Assembly: GCF_006345805.1 (NCBI RefSeq)
Contig: NC_043006.1
Span: forward strand, 74,524,001-74,588,000
Direction: 5' to 3'
DNA length: 64,000 bases
Origin: Octopus sinensis
Lineage: Eukaryota
Shown here: positions 52,721 through 64,000 of the stretch, one piece after another
How positions within the stretch are numbered: the first letter of the stretch is position 1
Layout of the letters: every line of letters begins with the position of its first letter
The notes under the pieces: generated by a model
Told to the model about the DNA's origin: nothing
Database searches by the model: none
The model's input: only the letters and a program-made list of their open reading frames with translations
Made by a program: the position numbers and the translations under genes

Positions 52721-53602
52721 TAAAATGAACGTGTTACTGGAATTTTCTCTCATAAATTACAGTTCTTTGAAGAAATTATTATCTTCTTCGTAAATAAGGT
52801 GTCTTGATCATTGTTAGTAGCTTTTGTTGTTGAATTAATCAACGCTACAGAGCTATATCAAATATTAAAGCCCAACAGTCCAGCAACGTGACAGTTAATC
52901 AACTGGTTTTTAAATTACCATTAATACATTGTTGGTTTTGCAACTGATGTTCTGCTGTTGTCATTGATGGTGTTGGTGGTTGTGATGGATGAACGTAATG
53001 TTGTTGCAAGAAACAATGCGAGATACATGAAATATTCAGGTATAGCATCTCTGAGACACTTCAGCTGTCTCAGTGGCCGTTTGAGAAGCTCGAAAATCCG
53101 TATTAATTCATTACTCTTTCACAGAATTTTGACCCGACGCCAGTCGACTCACATTTTCAATACTTCTCTATTTCCAGTGGGAACACCAACGGCCATATCA
53201 ATTGAGTAACAGAGAGCTACTTGAGAAATTAGTGACTCATAATGTGCCTACTTGGATCTAAATAACGATCTAAATGCTTTCTTTGTTATATAATACCAAT
53301 GAGATAACACGTTGACGAGGTCATATACTCATGGACATTAGTTCTATTACATATTGTTTATCACTAAATATCTGGAAAGGTATCAAATTTAAATGTAATG
53401 AGTCAAATGCGTCTATCTAGCTACCTAAACAGGTGTGGAATGATGGTAGAAGTAGCAAAAACACTAACTTTGTTGATGAATTCGTAAATTGGCAATCTTA
53501 AGTTCTATTCAGCCGATAGGGAATGTTACCTGTGATATAATTCAGGGATATTTGTACTTAATTCACACAAAAAACATGGTAACAGGAGTCAATCTCAAGC
53601 TA

Positions 53603-54149
53603 CGTGCCAATTTATAGCAGCTTACCTTTCGACTTATTTTAGCACATGGTTGAGTCCATAAAATAGGATTTGACTACACCTCCATTTACAGCACAGTTTA
53701 AGCTATCTTTTCGTGGAAGAAGGCTTATGTTCCTATAAACTGTGTTAATTCTGTAAACCTTTAAATTGGAAGATAAGTAAGTTCATTTTTGGCACTTGAT
53801 GCTTTCGGAACCAGACAAAAATTGCTGCAGTTTGGCTGGGATGTGTTACCCCACCCTCCATATTCACCAGATATTGCTCTTTTGGATTTCCACTTATTCA
53901 GGTCTCTGCAGAATAGTCTTAAGGGTAAAAATTTCAAATCATTGAATGACGTAAAAAGAGACGTTGATGAATTCTGTACCATGAAATCACCTTAATTCTG
54001 GGAAGAGGGTATTTTCAAGTTAAAGGAAAGATGGAGACGCATTGTGCAACAAAATGGTTCATATATGGTTGATTAAAAATGTAATGGCAAGTATTTATTG
54101 AACTTTTTCTTTCCTTTAAAAATCAGCACGAACTTTCCTGACAACCCAA
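53603..54149 (+). mobile_element. Second copy of the mellifera-like mariner, with a large internal deletion and truncated left TIR
   Basis: Matches 51075-51276 and 51932-52720 minus the CR1. Retains TRQKLLQFGWDVLPHPPYSPDIA. The right TIR ends ...gacaacccaa|ta. Confidence 0.93.
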
Positions 54150-56156
54150 TAATTAACACCAATAAATAATAATACGTTTACATGAATATGTTAGCCATAG
54201 TGTATATTGATAGTTTACCAGTTTTGCAATGTCAGTTGAATAACTTGCCATAGAAGGGTTTATAGAATTTATGCCTACCTATGTTTGTGTTTGTGAAGTT
54301 AAAATATTTGGCTGAAGTAAACAATCAACAGCAAAATAAAAACGAGTTTTAAACTGATAAAAGTTATTCTTTCAAAACAATATCGAGGTTAACTACTTGT
54401 AAGGGAGCGTAAATGTCACAACTTAATCATAGCTTGCAGTGGCGATTAAGGAAGACTTAGAGTTAAACAGCAGTTTTCTTTTTAAATTGCCAAAAAATGG
54501 CTCACAAACTACTAATATCTAATATGCTAACATATCACATATCACAACAATGACAATGAATATTGTCTGCATAACTTTGTTATATTAGCTCGTTCCTAAA
54601 TTGCTTAGAAAGTAGCAATCGATAAAGATCAATATAGACAAAATTTGTGATAACTTAAGGTTTTCGCAGAATTGCTGAGAGCACGATTGAGATGGCGAAT
54701 CTCTGAAGGTTTCAACAGAAAAATACCAATCACGTATACAGGCATTTCTGTGTGATTTACTCACAAAATTCATGACAAAACGCGTGACGTGCGCTGTATG
54801 CAAGCGCCTATGTACAACACAGTTTAGAAATAAATCTGGATAACATGAATGTTATGTGCCTTCGTTCAAGGAGGGGGAGCAATGGAAATGTGAAATAAAC
54901 AATGATATAAGTATCCGGTGAAGACGTTTTCATGGATTGTTTTCTTGGTACCAAATGCTGTAAATGAATATAGAGTTGGAGGAGCGTAAAGAGGAAAACT
55001 GTAAACTGCAAAATGGCTGTCGCTGCTCAACAGCATAACTAAGAGTGTAGCGTGTATTGCGCTTGTATTTGTGTCAGACGTGTGTGTGTGTGTCTTTGTG
55101 TGCTCTCGTGTTTGTGTGTGCGTGAGTGTGTGCGCGTTGGCATGCTAAAGAAACTTGCATGTAAGATATATTGAAGCAAGACATAGGAAATTAGAAGGAA
55201 ATACTTGTTTGTAGGCAATAGGCTAAGAATTCATGTTTAAAACAGATTTAAGACTTTGGAACGACTAATTACAATTTAAAAGGAGAGATTGTTTGGAGCA
55301 TAACTATGAATTAGAGTTATAATTCTACTGATTTTCAGATTTCGTATTATTCTATAGATTCTTATTATTTTGTCCTTGAGACGTCTCAGGAATGTTATTC
55401 ATGACTGGTAAATGCTTCATCGTAGGTGGTTAATGCTATTCCTAACTGAAGCGAAGCAGAGTTGGTGGTTAAAACTGAAGCTCTGATTGAAGCTATATAT
55501 ATATATTCTTTAATTTGTTAGAAAGCTGCAGTTTGTAGTAAACAACTAAACCTAGTTGTTAGACCTTAAAAGGAAACAACTTTAAATTTGCAGCTGTCTG
55601 AGAGAGAAAACAAACTGACATAGTATTACAATTAAGATAGCGGCAAGATAGAACAGAGGTCAAGAATTTTCAGATCATTGTAGTAAACAAAGCTGTAGAA
55701 CTGTGGATATTTGTTAATAGAAGTTCTAAACAACATGTCTGATCACTAAAGAATATGTAAAACGTGCTGTGCGGTTCTTTGACCAAATATTTTTCAATTA
55801 GAAAAATGTCTAGTTAATTAATTGAATATCATTAATAAGAGACCTGGTTTTTTGTTAGACAGTCACTGTCTGTGGTATGATCAAAAACAATTCAAAATAA
55901 AATATAGTTAATTATTACTAATTTTTAGGAAATTAAATGAATTGTTCTCTACGATAAAAATACAAAAGAATTATATGTAAATGCTTCTTTTATTTCTTAC
56001 CAATATTAATCTGAAATCCTTCTGCGCGGACGCTTCATATCACCTGCAAGAACCTGTATAAACAAGTTTGCGTATGCATGTATATAATGGTATATACATT
56101 ACCTTGTTATTTTGTAAGCGTGGAACATTTTCTAATGCATTTTTACCTAATTACTT

Positions 56157-56335
56157 AGGCGCAGGAGTGGCTGTGTGATAAGTAGCTTGCTTACGAACCA
56201 CATGGTTCCGGGTTCAGTCCCACTGCGTGGCACATTGGGCAAAGTGTCTTCTACTATAGCCTCGGGCCGACCAAAGCCTTGTGAGTGGATTTGGTAGACG
56301 AAAACTGAAAGAATCCCGTCGCATATATGTATAAA

Positions 56336-56366
<31 letters not shown>

Positions 56367-56580
56367 ATTTGTGTGTCTGTGTTTGTCCCTCCAACATTGT
56401 TTGACAACCGATGCTGGTGTGTTTACATCCCCGTAACTTAGCGATTCGGCAAAAGACACCGATAGAATAAGTACTAGGCTTACAAAGAATAAGTCCTGGG
56501 GTCGATTTGCTCGACTAAAAAAGGCGGTGCTCCAGCATGGCCGCAGTCAAATGACTGAAACAAGTAAAAGAGTAAGAGTA
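56157..56580 (+). mobile_element. SINE family B, full length (tRNA head plus CORE-like domain)
   Basis: A-box tggctgtgtga, B-box ggttcagtccc, CORE-like tggcacattgggcaaagtgtctt, internal (GT)n, tail aaggcggtgctccagcatggccgcagtc...(aagagt)n. Confidence 0.92.
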
Positions 56581-57212
56581 ATTAAAGTCGGGAATGTGAC
56601 TGATATATCTAGCAAGTCACTCAAACGAGCAGAGGCCTTTCTTTGTTGAATTGCAATTAAGCGAAATTCACCGTAATCTCAGGTCAGTTGTCGTCGAAAA
56701 CCAATGATGGAATGTGTTACGGTCGAGACAGTTTTGTCGTTCATGTATCAGAGATTTAACTGCTCTTTTCAGCAGGTTGACCGACGACTGACTTCCCTTG
56801 TGTGTTCATTAAAACCCTGATATATCATGTGGCAAAAGCGTTTGTGTTAAAAATGTTTACTATTGCTGGCATACGTCTGTTTAAATCTTTATGTAAATAT
56901 ATAGCTTTAAGACAGATCTAGATAACATGTAAAAAGGAAACATGTAAAAATCTAGAATAGCATCTAGATAATATGTAAAAAGAAAATCATATATAGACGT
57001 TACAAACCTATTATAATTTAAATTACTTTTAAGGTGGCTTCTTTTTCTCTTTCCAGTATTTAACGCAACTAGTTTGGTAAACTTTAGCAAAATATGCTAA
57101 CTATATTCGGGGTGATAGTGCTAACTTTATGAGGAATAAATATAAGAGTGCGAATTATAAAACGTCAGCTAAAACCCAGATTAGCATAGGTGAAAAGGCG
57201 TTCGAGTGGCTA

Positions 57213-57606
57213 TACTCTTACTCTCTTTTATTCTTTTATTTGTTTCAGTCATTTGACTATGACCATGCTAGAGCACCGCCTGTAGTCGAGCAAATCGACC
57301 CCAGGATTTATTCTTTGTAAGCCTAGTACTTATTCTATTGGTCTCTTGCCGAACCGCTAAGTTACGGGGACGTAAACACATCAACATCAGTTGTCAAGAG
57401 ATGGCGTGGGGACAAACACAGAGATACACACATACATATATACGACGGGCTTCTTTCAGTTTCCGTCGATTAAATCCACTCACAAGGCTTTGGTCGGCCC
57501 TAGGCTATAGTAGAAGACACTTGCCCAAGGTACCTCGTAGTGGGACTGAACTCGGAACCATGTGGCTGGTAAGCAAGCTACTTACCACACAGCCACTCCT
57601 ACGCCT
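57213..57606 (-). mobile_element. SINE family B, full length, inverted relative to 56157-56580
   Basis: Collinear reverse-complement match. Confidence 0.92.
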
Positions 57607-58356
57607 ATGTAACGGTTCTTGTTTCAATTAAAGGCTTCTATACATTAGTCAGATTCTGTTTATTTGAAATTGTTTCTATTGGAAATTTCGATAACTTGAC
57701 TTACTTCATTACAGAGTGTGACAAAAGTGGGTTGGTTTTTAGACTATACATACTCACCCAGACATACTAATTTTAGACGACACGAGGTTCTCGAATCTTG
57801 GGTCACTTTTATAAACTGCTAGTTAATTATTACAAAACAATATTAACTCGTGTTTTGAGTTATATTTCTCTTCTTGGTTTACCAAATATATATACGTACA
57901 CGCGCTCGAACACACACACACACATGTGTGTGTGTGTGTTTATTTGTGTGTGTACATATGTATGTGTTTACATTTGGTGAGACGAAGCTCGCTGCGGAGC
58001 GAGTGGATAGCTGGAAAAATCTTCAGAGAATTCCTGTAAAAAAAAAGTGGTTCGATCCATTAGTTCCTGACACACTAAGGGAGCCGGGCCTACCGAGATA
58101 GTGACTCGCAGATGTCCTGCTGTTATTTAAATGTCACCTTGAGTGGGGAATGAACTCAGAAACTTGGGGTCATCTAGGCGTACCACAGGAACTTGCACCG
58201 GGTTTTCTTCCTCCAATGTATTGCGTATATATGTCTGTCTTACTGGATGGATAGGTGGCTGGCTGGCTGGCTGGATTGACGGACGGATGGATGGTTGTGT
58301 GGTCAGGTGGATGGATGATTGCAGAGATGGATTTAGGGGTGGATTTAGATATATAT

Positions 58357-58394
<38 letters not shown>

Positions 58395-59015
58395 CTTTGT
58401 TTCAAGTAACAAAGAAAAAAAATATTTCTCTTTTATTCTTTCTCTCACATTATGTAGTCTTAGATTAGAATAGAATAATTTATTGATACAAAACTCATCC
58501 ATATTCTTGGAAGGCTCCTCTTCTAATCGCAATGTGTTCTTTTTATAGTTCCTTATTTATTCACGAAGTGTTTGATGTGCGTGCCTATTATTAGCATTTC
58601 ATAAGACAACACTATTTCCAGGATTGACATGTGAGAATCTCTATCAAAAGAATTCCGGTACAGTTCATCCTTTCTTCGCTTGCACATAGTTTTTTTAGTT
58701 ATAGCTACGTTGCATAGTTATTTATTATCGCAATCATAAATGGGTTTTTGTAGCATCTCTTTGTTCCTCTGGAGGCGAGCAGATTTTTTTAAAGAAATTA
58801 TTTAACCTGTTACCATCCGAAGTTCAAATGGAGATATCAACCGCAGCAACAATATCAAACTATTTTGCATGCTTTTTCGAGCATTTTATTCTCTGTATAT
58901 TTCTTTTCTTTGTGTGTTCATAAAATACGGATATAATGTTGATGCAAATGTACATGTGTTTGTATGTGTGTGTTTGTGAGTATATGTGTGTGTAAGTGTA
59001 TGTATTTGTGTGTGT

Positions 59016-59406
59016 GGAGGCGCAATGGCCCAGTGGTTAGGGCAGCGGACTCGCGGTCGCAGGATCGCGGTTTCGATTCCCAGACCGGGCGTTGTGAGTG
59101 TTTATTGAGCGAAAACACTTAAAGCTCCACGAGGCTCCGGCAGGGGATGGTGGTGATCCCTGCTGTACTCTTTCATCACAACTTTCTCTCACTCTTACTT
59201 CCTGTTTCTGTTGTACCTGTATTTCAAGGGGCCGGCCTTGTCACTCTCTGTGTCACGCTGAATATCCCCGAGAACTACGTTAAGGGTGCACGTGTCTGTG
59301 GAGTGCTCAGCCACTTACACGTTAATTTCACGAGCAGGCTGTTCCGTTGATTCGGATCAACCGGAACCCTCATCGTCGTAACCGACGGAGTGCTTCCATC
59401 CCATCC
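59016..59406 (+). mobile_element. SINE family C (tRNA-Arg-like, OR-type), full length with a long TSD
   Basis: A-box tggcccagtgg and B-box tttcgattccc. Flanked by atatgtgtgtgtaagtgtat at 58982-59001 and 59407-59426. Confidence 0.9.
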
Positions 59407-59767
59407 ATATGTGTGTGTAAGTGTATATATTTGAGTGTAATCACGTTGTGGCCAATTCGTTAAGAAGTTCGCTTCACGAGGCTTCGTTTTCAAATCCTCC
59501 GCATCATCAGCAAGTGCTATATTCTATGGCCACAAGTCAACCCATATCTTAGGAATGGAATAAGGTATAGCGAGATGTATGAAAACCCTTCGGATAGATT
59601 GTAGCAGCTATTCAAAGGTACGATCATGATACACACTGTATTACGCGGATTCTGCTCAAGAAATACGCACATATTAATTAATGAGCACGTAATTCAGTGG
59701 GTTATTTATCAGAATCATCATCATCAAAACTGAGGGGGTACCTACTATCTATCGATATTTATATAGT

Positions 59768-59796
<29 letters not shown>

Positions 59797-59799
<3 letters not shown>

Positions 59800-60360
59800 T
59801 ACAAAAATGAGACAAGAAGCAAAACATCCAGAGAGTTAGGTGATACAAAAAAGGGGACAACAAAACATCGAGACAGACGATACAAAGAAAACAAGGACGG
59901 GTCATTCGGAGTTTTCTATCCTCAGTCGAGTTCCAGATTATGCTTGCAATTTCGGCTGGTTATACTCGAGATTGCTCCAATTTAGACAGCCTCAAGGAAA
60001 AACTAAGCTAAGAACATTAGATTCCTTGGAAGAAAGCATCGAATCTATACGAAAACAAGGACGGAAAAAAGGGAAAATGTTACAGAAATACAAATGCAAT
60101 AAACAGGACATAAGAACAGGTGTTTTTTTACTAAGGACGAATTAAATTAAGCTGGCGTATGTGGAAGTAAAGCCTTACGGCAGGGCCATAGGTTTAAACA
60201 GACAATGGGAGAAATATAGATGTTGCACGGATGGTAGTCGAACCAAGAAAGAAAGGTCAGACCTTGCCGAATACCGGTTACATGGGGAGAAAAGAGAGAG
60301 AGAGAGAGAGAGGTAGAGACAGAAGGATAGAAGAATTAAGGAGGGCGAGAAAACTGAAAG
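59797..60360 (-). mobile_element. Unclassified, probably Penelope-like, repeat inserted at (TA)n
   Basis: Homologous motifs to 10390-10500; strong purine skew; starts directly at a (TA)n tract. Confidence 0.4.
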
Positions 60361-60404
60361 ATACACTTATATATATGTGTGTAAGTTTGTATGTATATGA
60401 TATA

Positions 60405-60790
60405 TATGCATATACGAGTACAGGACGTCACAAAACATAAACAACATGAAATACGAATACAAACTTGGGTATGCAACTAGGAGAAAAACAAATGGAAACA
60501 AGACAACATTATTCATCAGTTGTCGTCTGTCTACCTACTCCTCATTTCGAGCATTTAACAACAATATGAGGCTTCGAAAGGCAGTTGCTCCCGCAAACCA
60601 AGATAAAATTTAGAATTAGTGGATGGACAGCCGACAACTGATGAAGGGTCGTTCTTTATGTTCCTTGTCTTGTTTTCCATTTGTTCCGTTGTTGCATACC
60701 CAAATTTGTCTTCGTATTTCATGTTATTTTCGTATTTCATATTTCATGTTGCTTACGTATTGTGACGCCGTGTACCCGTATACGCATAAA
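60405..60790. repeat. Imperfect fold-back inverted repeat
   Basis: tatacgagtacaggacgtcacaa...caacatgaaata...ttgggtatgcaac...aaatggaaacaagaca...ttcatcagttgtcg is mirrored at 60629-60785. Confidence 0.8.
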
Positions 60791-61000
60791 TATATACATA
60801 TATATATATATCTAAGTATGTACATATATGTATATATGCATATTTATATATATATTATTTATATTATTATATGATTGTAAGCCACGCATCCATTTCCAAG
60901 TTTATCTTATATAAGAATATATATATATAATTACAAATATTGCATTTTTAAATGTCTCAGAGAGACTTATTCAGTAGCAGCACGATAAAGTGATGTACTT

Positions 61001-61277
61001 TGTTGGCAACATAGTGTGGCAGTCCCAGGACAGGAATGAAAGCTACTGCTATTTAGCCCCAGAAAAGACCGTTTCCAGTTGGCTATGTGACACATGCTGA
61101 CTGTCCTTATATTTTCCAACAGGGGAAATAAGCAGGTGCGATATCTCTCCTATTTGAAAACATAAGATCACAGTACGCACGCTTGTGTCACATAGCCAAC
61201 TGGAAACAGTGCTTCCTGTGGCTAGACAGCAGTACCATTCTTCCTTACCCTGGTACTGCTACATTAAGTTGGCAACA
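61001..61277. mobile_element. MITE-like element with about 95-bp imperfect terminal inverted repeats
   Basis: tgttggcaac...gtttccagttggctatgtgacaca versus tgtgtcacatagccaactggaaac...gttggcaaca. Confidence 0.75.
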
Positions 61278-61286
61278 AATCATCCC

Positions 61287-61328
<42 letters not shown>

Positions 61329-61406
61329 ATATATATATACTTCGCTTTTAGATTCGGTTTGGAAGATTCTCCTATGTGAGTTCGTGTGTTTTGAAGCATA
61401 TTCTGT

Positions 61407-61669
61407 TGTGTTTGGAGAAAGTCATTTTCTTTTTGTACCTTATAATTTAACACACTACACTCACCAGTAAAATATCCGCTTATTCCATATTTTTATTTTC
61501 CTAAAATTTCATTGCGTTTTGCAACCTTTTCGATAGTCTTGACTCTTGAAGACTATTGAAAAGGTTGCAAGACGCAACGAAAATTTTAGGTAAATAAAAT
61601 AAAATTTTAGGAAAATAAGTGGAAATTTTAAATTATAAGGCACAAAAAGAAAATGAATCTCCCCACACA

Positions 61670-61670
<1 letters not shown>
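61407..61670. repeat. Fold-back inverted repeat between (TA)n tracts containing a U3-A8 hammerhead-like motif (61553-61589)
   Basis: cctaaaatttcattgcgttttgcaaccttttcgatagtctt pairs with aagactattgaaaaggttgcaagacgcaacgaaaattttagg. Motif cta-TTGAAAA-g-GTTGC(aagac)GCAAC-GAAA-at-TT-tag. Confidence 0.75.
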
Positions 61671-61756
<86 letters not shown>

Positions 61757-61862
61757 TATATTAACAATTGAGGATAAAATCTTTAAAAGAAATTATCAGT
61801 AGTCAGCGTGAAAAACCTCGTAAGATAAAAATCCGTAAATTCTTCCTCTTTGAAAATATTCA

Positions 61863-62225
61863 TTTATATTATATTGAGGGTACTACTATTCGTAGATACC
61901 AACACGCTAAGAGGGACCAATGCGGTCAAAACTACTAAAAATAAACAAAATTTTACCGAATGCAAAACTTCAAAACACATCATTTTAAAAAAGAATTCAG
62001 TTACATATCACATGTGATTTCGCATTTAATGCAGAATATGCATTTCATGTTCGTCAGTGCAACAAACTCAAGAAATATAAGAGAAAAACATAACATTACA
62101 AACTCGATAGCCAACCGAAGTTTTGCATTCGGTAAAATTTTGTTTATTTTTAGTAGTTTTGACCGCATTGGTCCCTCTTAGCGTGTTGGTATCTACGAAT
62201 AGTAGTACCCTCAATATAATATAAA
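61863..62225. repeat. Perfect 109-bp inverted repeat with a 145-bp spacer
   Basis: 61863-61971 is the exact reverse complement of 62117-62225 by manual comparison. The element sits between (TA)n tracts. Confidence 0.93.
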
Positions 62226-62273
62226 ATAAATAAATATATATATATATACCTGAATATACATATTTACACACAT

Positions 62274-62319
<46 letters not shown>

Positions 62320-62937
62320 AAATATACATGCTTATACACACACACACATATATGTCTGTCTTTATATATATGTATGGATATATACATATATTTGTATATA
62401 TGTGTGTGTACATATATATATATATGTACATTTACATATGTATTTATCCATAATGATATATATATATATATATGCACATATACATATGCATGTAAGGATA
62501 TATCTGTGTGTATATATATGTTTGTATGTATGTGTGCTTGTGTGTGTAAGTGTGAGTGTGCGCATGCATGTTAAGTACCTATTAAAGTGCAGTACATACA
62601 ACCAGTGAGTTTGAACGCGATATATCTCATTACACCCCGAATGAGATGCCTGGAAAGAAACTCTTGACACTACACAGATAATACCATATTACCAGTTAGT
62701 GAACTCTAGTAGCCATATAATAAATACGGATAAATAATTCAAGACAGAAGAATACATTGTGAATATATTTATTTACGACATGTTTACTTAAGATTCATTG
62801 CCAATTACCTAGTGATTACATAAAATTAATTTCACGAAATCATAAAGTACTTGGCACTGTAGTGCCTGTATGGAGATTGTAAATTAAATACTCACATTTC
62901 CTATCTTTCTTTTACGTATATATGTATATATATATAT

Positions 62938-62973
<36 letters not shown>

Positions 62974-63711
62974 ATATATCAAATATTATTCTATCACATT
63001 ATATTAGACATACATACATATATGCATACATGCACACATACTTACATACATACATATATACATACAACCTCTCCATACAAAGAATATATTAGGTGAAAAT
63101 ACCTCCAGGGAGCAGTCTAAAACCAGTTGAAACTTTTAATGGAGAGCATTCACAGAGTTAGTCTGAAATTTTTCTCCAGAAAGATGTATAAAATATAAAA
63201 ATAAGCAGTAAATAATGTATCTCCAATATAATCCAATAATGGAAATTATTGTTCAATAATTATGATTTTCTTCTTGAGATCTTACCTTTCAAGGCAATTA
63301 TGCAAATGTCTAGCGCACAACAAACTAATATTCGCAAGTGAAACACATGTAAAGGTTATGCAATTCGTGGAGTTATATTAAAATAACCAACTAAATCTGT
63401 TTTATTCTGTTCTCGACTATTTATATATGTTAAGGCATGTAAACTAGGTGTCAAGATGTTTCACTAGCGGTCACAATAACGTGTTTTCGATTCCTGTTCT
63501 GTGCAATTCGGGTCTTTCTTGAGCAAAATAATACAATGCACGTTTCTTTACTATCACATACAGTATCTTAGCTACAATATCGTATATCATTGGTAGATAA
63601 TACCGGGATGACATTTCCCGACACCTGCTTATGATGTGGGTGATATCTTCGGTGTTAACTCCACAAAGTTTGCATCAGTTATCATATTTTGGTGATTTGC
63701 CTGGGTCTCTC

Positions 63712-64000
63712 TATGTATGTATGTTTGTTTGTTTGTATGTATGTATGTATGTATGTATGCATGCATGCAGGAATGCATGCATGTATGTATATATATGTGT
63801 ATGTACGTATGTATGTATGTACGTACGTATGTATGTACGTACGTATGTATGTATGTATGTATGTATGTATGCATGTATGCATGTATGTATATATATGTAC
63901 GTATGTATGTATGTATGTATGTATGTATGTATGTATGTATGTATGTATGTATGTATGTATGTATGTACGTATGCAGGAAAGCATGCATGTATGTATGTAT
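63712..64000. repeat. (TATG)n microsatellite
   Basis: Directly visible. Confidence 0.95.

Noticed and set aside
59016-59090. Functional tRNA genes at SINE heads (also 23456, 48790, 56157)
   Set aside because: The cloverleaf is incomplete and each continues directly into a SINE body.
60630-60660. CTGATGA as a hammerhead core
   Set aside because: No stem II followed by GAAA.

Overview
Eukaryotic, AT-rich, microsatellite-dense DNA, most likely from an octopus (Octopus sp.). The only host coding sequence I can support is one 202-bp internal exon (21342-21543, +). Its translation matches my recollection of the Octopus GnRH/corazonin-type receptor (ECL2-TM5-ICL3), so the rest of the window is probably two very large introns. 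These are filled with decayed mobile elements: a Helitron helicase pseudogene and a second Helitron 3' end, four mariner relics, CR1-group and RTE LINE fragments, three or more tRNA-derived SINE families with shuffled modules, Penelope-like remnants, fold-back inverted repeats, a 73-bp satellite and a 100-N gap. The most notable signal is a dispersed set of type I hammerhead ribozyme motifs read by eye. They show C-G, U-A and inferred G-C pairs at core positions 3/8. One is a complete motif on the sense strand (8786-8846), and one forms the tail of a tRNA-headed SINE (48790-49056). Most ORFs in the supplied track are microsatellite artefacts. All family names come from motif recognition, not database searches.
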